Below are positions 34,471 to 46,390 of a DNA stretch of 64,000 bases, in pieces. Under the pieces are notes generated by a model. The model was not told the origin of the DNA. It made no database searches and worked only from the letters and a program-made list of their open reading frames with translations. The position numbers and the translations under genes are program-made. The stretch is from Podarcis melisellensis. Taxonomy: Eukaryota. The DNA lies in NCBI GenBank assembly GCA_964234715.1, contig OZ174279.1; one strand, given 5' to 3'. Each line of letters starts with the position of its first letter. Position 1 is the stretch's first letter.

Positions 34471-36171
34471 CTAAGACTCTGGGGGACCACTCGAAGAAGG
34501 CTCCTCTTCCACTCTTTGCTTCTTGGTCAAGAACCTGTCCATAGTCTGCTGCTTTATCCGCCTTTTCAGCAGCTCCCTGAAAGACGACATGACCCTCGTA
34601 TCATAAAAGTTCCCAGCGTCATGTGCCACGTGCTTCTCAGGGTGGTGTAGATCTGCAAAAGTCTGCACCTCCTTCCACTTCTGGCAAATGTCCCTCAGCC
34701 TTTCGGAGGACAGCCGTTCCTCAGTTGCTTCCTCCTCTTCCAGTGAGGCCTGCTCCTGCGCAGCCTCTGCCTGCAGTTCGACCAGCTCCACGGTGGTCAG
34801 CTCGTCGTCGTGCCCCTCCACCAGCTCGCAGACGTCCTCCTCCGTGACCTCCAGGCCCATGGTCCTCCCCAAGGCAACAATGTCCTGCACCACTGTTGAC
34901 TCTGGTGCATCAGAGTCACTTGGTGCCACACAGTCCGGCCACAGGCTGCGCCAAGCGCAATTCAAATTTCTCTGGCTGATCCCTTTCCAGGCCGTGTTGA
35001 CCATCTTCAAGCAGGTGACGATGTCGAAGTGGTCCTTCCAGAATTCCCGCAGGGTGATGGTGGTGCAGTCAGTCACCTCGAAGCATCGCCTGAAAAGCTC
35101 CTTGGTGTAGAGTTTTTTGAAATTGGCGATGACCTGCTGATCCATCGGCTGGAGCAGTGGCGTGGTGTTAGGCGGCAGGAACATGATGTTGATGAAGCTG
35201 AACTCCTCCAACAAGTCCACCTCAAGGCCTTTAGGATGGGCAGGAGCATTGTCCATCAGAAGCAAAGCCTTCAGCGGCAGGTCGTTGTCCAGCAGGTACT
35301 GCTTGACAGCAGGGCCAAAAGCAAGATTGACCCAGTCCACAAACAGCACACGTGTGACCCAAGCCTTGCTGTTGGATCGCCACATGACACTCAGCCGCTC
35401 CTTGTCGATCTTGTGTCTCTTGAAGGCCCGTGGGTTCTCCGAGTGGTACACCAGCAGGGGCTTGATCTTCAGGTCGCCGCTTGCGTTGGCACAGAAGAGC
35501 AGGGTCAGGCGGTCCTTCATGGGCTTGTGGCCAGGCAGCCTGGACTCCTCCTTAGTGATGAAAGTCCTTTTGGGCATCCTCTTCCAAAACAGCCCGGTCT
35601 CGTCGCAGTTGAAGACCTGCTGCGGAACGTAGCCCTCCGTCTTCACAAGCTCCAGGAACTCCGCTGCAAAGTCTTCAGCCGCAGGAACATCAGAACTGGC
35701 AGCCTCTCCATGCCTGACCACGCTGTGGATGCCAGATCTTGTCTTGAACCGGTCAAACCAACCTCTGCTAGCCTTGAAGACTTCTGGCTCGCCTGAGGTT
35801 CCTGGCTGTTCCCGGATGAGGTCAGCGTGCAAGGCCTTGGCCTTCTCACAAATGACGGCCTCAGACACTGTGTCCCCTGCACGCTGCTTCTCTTCTATCC
35901 AGATGAGCAGCAACTTCTCGACCTCCTCCAGGACAGCTGGGCGGTTCTTCACGATCCTGGTGACTCCCTTGGCTGCATCAGTCGCCAGGATCTTCTCCCT
36001 CATCTTCAGGATGGTCCCGATGGTCGATGGGTTCCTGCCGTACTCCCTGGCGATGTCCGTCACACGCATTCCGCCGTCGTGCTTCCAGATGATCTCCTTC
36101 TTCATTTCCAGCGTCACCTTCTCCTTCTTCCTCTCGCCGGCCACCGCAGCAGCAGTCTTCTTGGGTCCCAT
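34471..36171 (-). CDS. Tigger/pogo transposase, 566 aa (CENP-B-type HTH domains plus DDD catalytic domain)
   Basis: N-terminal TLEMKKEII...STIGTILK; FKASRGWFDRFKTR; HGEAAS; catalytic NCDETG, LMDNAPAH and QPMDQ, with 36 residues between the second and third Asp. Strong Kozak gctgccATGG; AATAAA on the - strand at 34340-34345. Confidence 0.95.
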   Translation of the reverse strand: MGPKKTAAAVAGERKKEKVTLEMKKEIIWKHDGGMRVTDIAREYGRNPSTIGTILKMREKILATDAAKGVTRIVKNRPAVLEEVEKLLLIWIEEKQRAGDTVSEAVICEKAKALHADLIREQPGTSGEPEVFKASRGWFDRFKTRSGIHSVVRHGEAASSDVPAAEDFAAEFLELVKTEGYVPQQVFNCDETGLFWKRMPKRTFITKEESRLPGHKPMKDRLTLLFCANASGDLKIKPLLVYHSENPRAFKRHKIDKERLSVMWRSNSKAWVTRVLFVDWVNLAFGPAVKQYLLDNDLPLKALLLMDNAPAHPKGLEVDLLEEFSFINIMFLPPNTTPLLQPMDQQVIANFKKLYTKELFRRCFEVTDCTTITLREFWKDHFDIVTCLKMVNTAWKGISQRNLNCAWRSLWPDCVAPSDSDAPESTVVQDIVALGRTMGLEVTEEDVCELVEGHDDELTTVELVELQAEAAQEQASLEEEEATEERLSSERLRDICQKWKEVQTFADLHHPEKHVAHDAGNFYDTRVMSSFRELLKRRIKQQTMDRFLTKKQRVEEEPSSSGPPES

Positions 36172-36651
36172 GGCAGCACAGCTCCTACCTTCGTAAACTC
36201 AGAAACAGAAAAAAAAATCAGTGATGTGCTTCAAACCCAAAAAATACAAAAGCAGCCAGCCACCCACCACACAGAAATTAAAACCCAGAACCAAGGCCTT
36301 GAATCCCAAGCACCCCAACCCCAAATCCAAAATCCAAAAACCCCCAAAAAAGTTTTAAAAGTTTAGCTTACCAAATGGATGAAAGAGAAGTTCTGGAAAA
36401 GCTTCAACAATCAACCACCGAAGTCCTCAGAAACCTCAAATGACTGCAAAATAAGTTTAGGAAAAGCTTCAAAAATCACCAATGTCTTCAAAAACCTCAA
36501 CTGCTCCCACGGACACGCACCAACCCACCCACAACACAGAAATTGCAAACCCCTCCCCAACTGCTCCCCCAGCCCCTCCCCAACTGCTGCAAACCCCTCC
36601 CCAACTGCTTCCCCACCCAGACAAAAAAAATTTCAAAAAATAACAACATGG

Positions 36652-37462
36652 CCAGCACTCAGAAATTCAAACTCAGAAAAATTTTTTTGAAAAAAAACAA
36701 CCTGGCCCAATGGTCACAGAAAATCATAAAAATTCCCAAAAAAACCCCACATGGTCCCAGATTTCTGCAGAAACCTCCCCAACTGTTCCCCCAGCCAGCC
36801 AGCACTCAGAAATTCAAACTCAGAAAAATTTTCAAAAAAAAACAACCTGGCCCAATGGTCACAGAAAATCATAAAAATTCCCCAAAAACTCCACATGGTC
36901 CCAGATTTCTGCAGAAACCTCCCCAACAGTTCCCCCAGCCAGCCAGCACTCAGAAATTCAAACTCAGAAAAATTTTCAAAAAAAAACAACCTGGCCCAAT
37001 GGTCACAGAAAATCATAAAAATTCCCCCAAAACCCCACATGGTCCCAGATTTCTGCAGAAACCTCCCCAACTGTTCCCCTAGCCAGCCAGCACTCAGAAA
37101 TTCAAACTCAGAAAATTTTTTTTGAAAAAAAACAACCATGCCTAGTGGTCACCGAAAATCATAAAAATTCCCCCAAAACCCCCACATGGTCCCAGATTTC
37201 TGCAGAAACCTCCCCAACAGTTCCCCCAGCCAGCCAGCACTCAGAAATTCAAACTCAGAAAAATTTTCAAAAAAAAACAACCTGGCCCAAAGGTCACCGA
37301 AAATCATAAAAATTCCCCAAAAACCCCCACATGGTCCCAGATTTCTGCAGAAACCTCCCCAACAGTTCCCCCAGCCAGCCAGCACTCAGAAATTCAAACT
37401 CAGAAAAATTTTCAAAAAAAAACAACCTGGCCCAATGGTCACAGAAAATCATAAAAATTCCC
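36652..37462. repeat. ~145-bp tandem array (5 full copies plus 1 partial) inside the Tigger leader
   Basis: The unit ccagcactcagaaattcaaactcag... starts at 36652, 36799, 36943, 37087, 37234 and 37379; copies are nearly identical. Confidence 0.95.
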
Positions 37463-40329
37463 AAAAAAGGCCCACAAGCCCCCAGATTATCGCAAACCCC
37501 TTCCCAACACCAAGTCCTTGAATCCCAAACACCCCAACCCAAAATCCAAAACCCCCCAAAAAAGTTTTAAAAGTTTAACTTACCAAATGGATGAAAGAGA
37601 AGTTCTGGAAAAGTTCTGGAAAAGTTTTGGAAAAGCTTCAAAAGTGAGCAAAGTCTGAGAAAAGGCTACCAAACCACGTGCTAACAGTTGCTCCTCGAAG
37701 TCAAGTCGCAACTGCAGCTGCTCAAGCTAAGCACCCTTGGTTTTAACGGTTTTTACACAAAGGAAACAAAGTCGCGAGACGTTTTCGTTTTGCGAAGCAA
37801 GCCCATAGGGGAATTCGTCTTGCGAGGCAAATCGCGGACGAAAAAACCTTTCGTCTAGCGAGTTTTTTGTCTTGCGAGGCATTCGTCTTGCGGGGCACTA
37901 CTGTACGCCAAAAATGTGCAAGTAGATAAATAGGTACCGCTCCTACGGGAAGGTAAACGGTGTTTCTGTGTGCTGCTCTGGTTTTGGTGTTCCATTGCGC
38001 CAGAAGCGGCTTAGTCATGCTGGCCACATCACTCAGAAAAACTGTCTGCGGACAAACGCCAGCTCCCTTGGCCTGTAAAGTGAGATGAGCACGGCAACCC
38101 TAGAGTCGTCTGCGACTGGACTTAACTGTCAGAGGTCCTTTACCTTTACTCTGATTGCCTTGTCCTTCTGCGTTTAGTGACCAGGGTTTAAAGTAGCCCT
38201 GTCACACAGTTCAGTAGGTTTCAGAGGATGAGCCAGTAGGGGTTTTTTGTTTTGTTTTTGAAGCCAGTCTCAAACCGCTGAAAGCGATTGGGTATCCGAG
38301 CAATATGTTGGTCGATGGAACCGCTGGGCTGAGCTTGCTTGCCAATAGGGTATTTCATGTCATTCTCTCTCCCTCTTCCTGCTGACACTGTGCCAGTTGA
38401 TCCTGCAGGTGGGATATGTCAAATCTCAGTTGGCGTCTTTTCTCTCTAATCACTTCATTTTCCTCATTCATGGTAAGAAAAGATTCATTTGCCAGAACAG
38501 CATGTACTCTGTAAATTTCCTTCTACTCCTTCAGCCCGGCATTTTGCTCGCATAATCTCTGTAATTCGCTGTTAATACCATTGCCATCTCTTAAAATGCA
38601 GTTTATTCCCATCATAATTCCCTGGTGAATGACATGCTTGTGTTATTGGCATGCATTGCTGATTTTTATTTTTATTTTTAATATCTAAAACTATTTTTCC
38701 AAGAATGTTTTCTCTGGCTTCCCAACAGCGGCTTCTATAGAAAACCAATAAGATTCTCCTCCCCCCCCTTTTTTTTGCCTTAATAACATCACTCATGGAT
38801 TCTTCATAACCATATTACATCATCGTCTCTATTCCTAATTACACTTCTGGATTCAAGTCACAACTTTCATTTAGCCATCCCCTTCTCCCAAAGCTGTCCG
38901 AGATTCCAGTTAACACACCAGACGAACTGGTCTTTTTATTTTGGGTAACAGCGTTAAGAGGGCTCATCTCCAAGTCATTTCTCTGGCAATGACAGTGTTA
39001 GAGTCTTTAACAAATCCTGGAAAATATGTGCTTCAACCCAAAACATTCAGTAAAAAAATAATAGTATGCCGTGTAGCTAAGTACTGCCATTTTATCTAGG
39101 CCTACTATGCCTGGGTGCTGTTGTACTATTTGTAAATAGTAGGTTAACAGAAGCATGCTGGTGGGGGGGACGCACACATAAAGTTCAGAGCAGCCTATAA
39201 GAAAGTGCATATTAAGGCTGGGCTGCAGGAAAATCTGTTCCCATTTTTGCAGGTGGGTCAGTGGACTGTGAATGTGAGATCAGTTGTTTTATTAGTACCA
39301 AACAGCTGGAAAAGTTGAGCACAGTTGCGCGTTGATTGTATTCGCCCCCGCCCTGGATTTTAGGCCCATTTCATTAAAAGGTGATGCCTACTTACTGTAT
39401 TGTGGCATCATGATATAGATCAAGTGCACATGCTCAAGGTTCTGAAGATCCATCATTTTGAGTTATTGCTAGGGACTGATGACAGTGTAAGGGGGAGTGT
39501 TTTTTTCTGAATAGTGAGAATACTTGACTACTAACATCTGGGGAGGGGGAATTGTGCACCTTAGTGGGCTGTAGGTGTGAAAAATATCAAAGAAAGCAGT
39601 GTTAATCTGTTCAAATTTACTTTATTGCAGTTATATCCCACTTCTTGTCCAATGAGTTCAAGGCAGCATACATTGCGTCTCACACGTTATGTCTAGCTTT
39701 GTAATGATAACCCTATGAAGCAGCTTAGGCTGAGACATAGTGAATAGTCCAAGGTCAGTCTTAGTATAGATTTGAATCTTTATCCCTAGTCCTAGTCCAC
39801 TCTTCTAACTGCTGTACCACACTGTCCCAGAGGCAACAATAACAATAACACTGTACTGGCACTGGGGTTAGAGACACTCAAAATTCACAGGAGCTGGGAA
39901 AATACATCAGTTGTAATAGAAAATGATTTCATTTTAATGTACAAATTAAATCTGGTATCCTGCATGCAGTTAACACACACAAAAGCCCATTGATTTGCAC
40001 AGGTAATTAATTGCAGGATTGCAGTCTGTGAATTTAAATTACCATGCTTTTATTCGCGTAGGGAAGGCGCAGCATACTAATGATAATATGAATTTAAAAG
40101 CATCTGTTTTCCAGCAGAGTAGGAGTAAATTATAAACTGATAAAACCAGGCACCAAGAAAAACACAGCAGATCTTAGTTTATGAGCTCAATCACATTGGC
40201 TTCAGAAATACTCAAGTTACACGCAGTCACGTATGGGCACTTAGTTCCCACTGACAACAAGGGGAATCCAAATTACTCATCTAATTGCAGAATTTAGTTT
40301 GCTGGATAAAAGAGGAAGTGAATTGGGGG

Positions 40330-40555
40330 AAGAGCTAGCAGCTAGCAGCTTAGCTTAGCTGATCACAGCTTCGGGGAGCTCATGAACAGGACTTGTAAAC
40401 AGGGGCGTTTGTGGGAGAGCTTGAGGAGGATGCCCTGAGGAGCATCACACACTCTGCATAGAACCGAGAGACATGGAGGGTGAGGGAGCTGCCGCAGTCA
40501 CCTGCAGCACTTGTGCCATGTTTGTCTTCCAGCCTGAGAATGTGCAAAACTACAT
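40330..40555 (+). mobile_element. Isolated CR1 5'UTR / ORF1 N-terminus fragment
   Basis: ORF 40473 begins MEGEGAAAVTCSTCAMFVFQPENVQNY, resembling the CxxC-containing start of CR1 ORF1; preceded by agctagc repeats. Confidence 0.55.
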
Positions 40556-42837
40556 AGGCATGGGTCTGAGTATGTGCCTAGAAAGCAGGGGTCTGAGCTG
40601 TTTTCTGTTTGCTCAGTCACTTTTCCGGCTCTTTAGCACTAAAATTGACGCAAACGTCAGTCTGCAGAAAACTTGATTGCTCCGATTCAGCATTAAAGAT
40701 AGCGTTTCCCTTGGGGAGAGTGGCAGGGCAGGGCAAGCGGCAATCTGGATGAGCCCTAAGTTCGTTTTCATCGTTTTTTAATTTGTATACCGTCTTTCTA
40801 TCTTACAATACTCAAGGCGGTTTACAAGCTGAAGAAACAAAAAATGTTCATCTTATAACAATCTAATGCAATACAAAAATGTGATAATAAAACATTAAAA
40901 TAGGCAACCTACATCAAAAAGTAACATTCAACAATCATTAGAATAGTATTAAATAATAATAACATATAAAAGTTAAACAGAAATCCACTCAACAGTTACA
41001 ATAAATAATTTCTAAACTATAATCAATGAAACAACGGCAAGCCACAATACATATAATAATACAATACAAATTGAGAAGCAGAGACTAGAGGGTCGGGCAA
41101 GGCAGGTGGAAGGAGGCCTTGCCTGATGAAGTCTCTCCCCTCACAGTTCTTCCTCCAGGACCTGCTCCCTTATGAGAACTCCTAGGGTGGGAGGGTGGGG
41201 CAAGGCTTGGAAGAAAACTTAATTGGCTACCACCCAATGTTCTTATATCCCAGTGCAAGGATTGGTGGCTGCCAGGGTACTACTACCTCTTAAGGAAAGT
41301 TGCAAGGAATTTGAAGAGGCACTACTTCAGCTTGAAACCAAGCTCTTTAGCATCATTGGATGACTTTGGATTGCTTCCTCCGCCTTCTCCAACCAGAACC
41401 CCAAGGGAGGTGACCCTTCACGCCAATCTTGGTTGAGAAAGATTTACGTAGCCTGAAGATAATTGGTTATGGGAAGGGGGATGAAAGGCCCTGAGTTTCC
41501 AGCTGAGCATGATTGAGAATCTGCAGGGTATCTTAGATATCAGATATGCTGCATAGTTGATTTGTGGAACGATATGTTTATCATCCAAAACTGTGAGGCT
41601 GCTGACTCCGCAGTTCTCATAAGCTTTTCTACTTGTTTTTCCTCCAATCCACCACTGCAGAATAAAGTAAATTCTGGGGAAAGCTGCCATCAAACACTGC
41701 AGCTGAACTGATAAGCTAAATGGCCTTCAGGCAGCAGAGGAAGGAAGATTTGCAGTGTGATTATACACATTGTAATATTTTCTAATTGCTTTTTCTTTCT
41801 TTCTTTCTCCACGCGGTACACGTTTTTCTCAAGCATTACTTTCCTAGGGAGCCACCTCCTTCTGCATTGATTTAAGATTTCTGCCAGTTAGACCTACGTG
41901 GAAGGATTTAATAGGAGGCACCGTACAAGTGACAAAAAAGGGGGGATGAAGTGCTTTACAGCTGATTTCCCCTGATTTCTTCTGATGCCCACAAAATTCT
42001 AATTTTGAGATGAATTAGATGTTAGAACGTGTACAAAGAGAACAAGTGAAGGGCTCGTTCACCACCACCCTTTATAAAATGGGGATGTAAAGCTTTCTTT
42101 TATTTTGTGGTGTTCATGATTATTGCCAAGCTCAGATATTCCTTTTCGTTTCCCAATAGAAAGACATTCCCCACTTGCTCCCTGATATGTCAGTTCCTTG
42201 TGATCATGGGAGCTCCATGCATGCTGATCCCTCTCCCATTTGCTTCGATGGATTGGCCAACACTGTGCATGTGGGTTTGTACCTTGGATTGAATTGCATA
42301 GGGAAGACTTGCTAGTGCTGTCACTTTGGACCAAGGGCATTCTCTATATTTAAAAAAAATGGTAATCAAAGGTTTAAAATGCATTGTTAGGGCAATATGC
42401 TTCTTTCATGGATTTACTTTGAAACCAGCCATTTTTCTTTCTGTCTTGAAATTCAATCCCTAAACTTGGAGCCTTGTGACAGAACAGGAACTTCATGGCA
42501 TTGATGGTCTCCCTGACAAATAACATTGTGTCACTATAATTCATTTTCTGATCTATTTGCTCTGACAGTTTTCAGGTATAGTACAAAAGAACTGTCACCT
42601 GGAAGACTGAATGGTAGTAATAATGAAATAGAAATAAATCTTTATACTGTTTTCATGTTTTTAAAAAAGGTTTTCCTGGCTTACCGCTGAATATTCTGCT
42701 TAAGAGTATGCTCAACTATAATAGCACTATTACATATTTTTTTGTAATATGTAGACTTTTATTTCTTTTTGGAGCTGTGTCCTGTTCAAGGGTATCTATG
42801 AACAGCTAATACTGTTGTTATAAGCAAAGTGCACATC

Positions 42838-43435
42838 TGTCATGGACTGGATGGATGCAGAAGAGTGGTGGGAGGCAACAGCCAGGGAACTCCCTAGGGA
42901 ACCCCCAGGCAAAAAAGGCCTTAGAGCCAGCAGTGGTGGTAGGATGACAACAAATGGCCAGAGGGAGAAGACTAAGGGGAAGGTGTCAGAAGCTGGATGG
43001 GCAACAGGGTTTGGTGGGCAGGAAGAGTTTGTGGCAGAGTGTAGTTCAGTCTCTGAGGCTGAAGTAGAGGATGGTCAAGAGGCTGGTGAAGAATTCAGGG
43101 AGTCTCCCCCTCTTGCTGCAACCAGCTCCCCTCCCCCTGCTCTCCAAGAACTCTCACACACACAAATGAAAAGAGCAGAACAGAGTTTAGTTGTGTGCAG
43201 ATGCAGTTTGAAACTGCATGGGGGGGAACCTTGGAGAGAAGGAGCCTTAGAGAGGGGTGGGAAGGTGGGGGCCTTCAGTCCTCACAAGTTTGTAATCGGG
43301 GCAAAACCTACCAGGAACGGTTGCTGAGACCACTAGGCCTGAGCTGTATTTTTGCCCCTTGAATAAAGAGTTAACTTCACGGGCATTGGTTACTTATTAC
43401 TTTAGTGCTGACCAAGCCAGACTCGAGCCCTGAAG
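42838..43435 (+). mobile_element. Solo LTR (Gypsy-like, tentative)
   Basis: Starts TGTCATGG; purine-rich U3-like region; AATAAA at ~43362; degenerate end ccctgaag; candidate 5-bp TSD acatc. Confidence 0.65.
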
Positions 43436-45366
43436 ACATCTCTTGATTCCTTTCGATATAGTTCCCTAGATAAATGAATTAGACAGAGAACCTAATTAAG
43501 CTATGGAATGTTTCGTAGATGTGACAGTTTTCATGGCTCAGAAGATGTGGTGGTGGTCACCAATGTGAATGGCTTTAAGTTCAAGATCGCTATTGCTCAA
43601 GAAATATAAAAATACTAGTGGGGCCTGCAACAAAGCCTTGCTGTGTACAGTGCTCCTGTTCAGTATTCCATTCATCCTAGTTCTTTTACAGAATACTCTT
43701 CAGTTTCCTTCTCCCTCAGTTTTCATTTCCTCCCTTCCCAAGACATTGTAGGGCAACTAAGCATGCTCAGTCCTCATTTAGCTATTGTTGGGGTTCTTGC
43801 CTCACCCTCCTACTTTTTCCCTAAACATTTTTTCTACTTTGGTACACCTTGTGTGCCTAACCAGCTGGTGTTGACTGCTGCTCTTCTGTCTGGTGCCGTG
43901 TTTGCAAAGCTTCAGAGCTTGTCCACTGCTGTGTGGTGCCATAAGGAAACAACTTTGAGGCAGAAGTCCAGATTCCATTCAGCGGAATAACAACTCCCAA
44001 ATGCAGCAGGGTTGGCTTATCTCATTTTGAAGAGTGCATGGCAAATTACATTACCATCAAAAGAGAGCCTTCCCACCTCCACCCAGTCAATAAAACTACT
44101 AAGTTTATAAGCGATGAAGCCAAGTGATTCTTAAGCAGTTCTGAGTTCATTTCAAACTTATTTTCTATGTCCAGAAGTCTACAAGAACATCAGATTTATG
44201 CTATGTGACTAGCCAACCCTATATGCTTCTTCAAAATATATTTGGTAATCATTCCTACATAGATCTCTTTTGAAATTCTTGTTTCTGCTTGGAACTTAAC
44301 TTTGTTTCTACATATGGAGTGTGAGTCAGGATGAAGTAAGTGCTAAACAGGTGTATAATTAAAATTTTTGATAAATCAAATACCTGAAGTGTTACTTACT
44401 GTAGCCCTAGCTTATATTCAGCTTCATATCTTGAGCTGTTCATAGTGATAATGAAATAATAGACTTATGATTAAAAATACAGCAGATAAATGTTTTGAAA
44501 ACACTAGCAATGTTTATCACATCTTTCGTTTTTGTGTAATTTAAATATTGTATGATTCAATGTATGTACCTTTAATCATATATTTACAAAAAATGTTTCA
44601 AATGCTACTTCTGTTGAACAACTATTAATTAATATTTCTAAGAATTCAATTTCTCTCTCCCTCTCTTTCACCACTGGTAACTTAAACTAGCACATCAGCT
44701 TGTATTATCAATCTGTATTGAGAAGAATAAGGGTTGTCTTCCACTTGTTGGAAGTTATTTAAGATTATCCTAAGAGTCTATCTATAAGGAGGCAACTTTG
44801 TAACTGCATCATCAAAATATACTACAGACAAAGAAGGCAAATTACTGTGAAGACTTGCTTAATGTTAATTTAGGAAATTTGAATTAAGTGTTGATACTTA
44901 ATATTTGTTCTAGTTCCAACTAAATTTAGATAAAAAGAATGCTGACTCAGCAGGTGATGAACTTGATGGTGAATAGATTGACAGTAATGAGACAATAATG
45001 AGCTAGGCTGGGGAGGGGGTACCTTTTTTAGTTTAAAGCTATTGGCAGGTATTATCCAGTGTAGTTTAAATATCATTTCTCATTATTTTGATTTTTTTTC
45101 CCTACAAAAAGCACTGTCTAAGAGTCCACCCTAAAGGGCTTAAACTCTGGCTAAGACATCTGATTTTGAGGTTCTGCTTTGTAAAACCTGGATGGTTTGC
45201 AAGTTGTTTTTTGTGCTATGGCAAATGTGCTCTGTATATCTTCAGAATACTATTATTTACTATTGCCTGCCTTTCTTTTTCAAAACAAATTTTGATTCTG
45301 AAAACTGAAGAGCCTTGGCTGTAATTAAGCCCCTTCTTCTAAATTCAGGTGGTTTTCTCTCTGCAG

Positions 45367-45521
45367 GCCAACATAAAATCAAGTTCATTCCTGAGATGGT
45401 GGGGCCTATGTTAGAAATGACACTGATCCCTGAAACTGAACTTAGAAAAGCTACCATCCCAATATTCTTCGATATGATGCAGTGCGAGTTTCATTCTACC
45501 AGTACCAGAGGCTTTCAGATG
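45367..45521 (+). CDS. DOCK1: DOCK1 internal exon (155 bp): (G)[51 protein letters not shown]
   Basis: ctctctgcAG acceptor at 45365-45366; GTAAGT donor at 45522; lies inside ORF 45315..45683; hallmark [14 protein letters not shown]. Confidence 0.97.
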
Positions 45522-46299
45522 GTAAGTACATTTTGTTTACAGAGTACCAAACTATGCTTTTCTTTTGTCCAAGGAAGATTCTCAAAGCAAATTTTATTTC
45601 ATCTGTATGAAGCAGACCGACACAACCCACAACCTGCGACCTACATCTATAGTTTTGCCACCTGCATGCCTATAAGGAACTAATGGAGCCATGAACAGAA
45701 CACATTGCCAAAGAAAGCTTGGTGTTCCCTTCTGTCATTGCTGGGATGTTGTGAGCAGATTCAGTTGTCATCCTGCTCAAAGTGGGCTATACGTCTAGCC
45801 CTGATTTTGCCACCAGAATATTCAGTTCTTTGGCATCCCTTCTCAATTTCTCATTCCTAATAGTGGCGTTGAAAGGCTCCTTATACTGCATCTGATTATT
45901 GGTTGATCTAGCTCAGTAAAGTCTACACTGGCAGTAGCTCCCAAGGGTTTCAGACTGTGATTTTTCCTAGTCTTGCCTGCGTTTTGAACCTAGAACCTTT
46001 TGCATTTAAACTACCACCAAGTTACAGCTGTGCAGCCCTGGAAACAAATGTGGCTAGACTGTCTTCTTTCCATTCAAAAAGGCACTCACACAAGGATTGC
46101 TATCCTGCTGTTTAAATTACCTGCCAGAAAGACAATTATCTAACCTTATTAGTCATATCAACAAAGTTTAAATTAGCTCCCTTTTTATAGCAGACCTACA
46201 ATGTGTGAGGGAGGAATATTTCACAGCACTTTAATTTGAAAACATGAAGTCCTATATCATTCTCAGACAACTGTTACATGAAATATAATCTTATTTCAG

Positions 46300-46301
46300 T
46301 T

Positions 46302-46378
<77 letters not shown>

Positions 46379-46390
46379 TTCCTTTCTTTC
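46300..46390. repeat. (TTTC)n microsatellite
   Basis: Direct reading. Confidence 0.95.

Larger units (their letters stand above)
34174..37903 (-). mobile_element. Full-length, apparently autonomous Tigger (pogo superfamily) DNA transposon, 3730 bp
   Basis: TA TSD (34172-34173, 37904-37905); 22-bp TIRs CAGTGGTGCCCCGCAAGACGAA and CAGTAGTGCCCCGCAAGACGAA (1 mismatch); subterminal repeated ttcgtcttgcga motifs; intact transposase ORF. Confidence 0.96.
34037..38146 (+). mobile_element. Sauria SINE split by the Tigger insertion (34037-34173 and 37904-38146)
   Basis: The two halves rejoin to the SINE seen at 17077-17462 and 50419-50750; 11-bp TSD tactctgattg (34026-34036, 38147-38157). Confidence 0.9.

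Noticed and set aside
34623-36366. Several + strand ORFs up to 255 aa
   Set aside because: Antisense shadows of the GC-rich transposase CDS.
36543-37570. Repetitive ORFs and a superficially CRISPR-like array
   Set aside because: Units are identical end to end with no unique spacers, there are no cas genes, the context is eukaryotic, and the ORFs follow from the repeat.
38560-38830. Possible ancient L1-like fragment (also ~32930-33130)
   Set aside because: Too degraded to support by eye.
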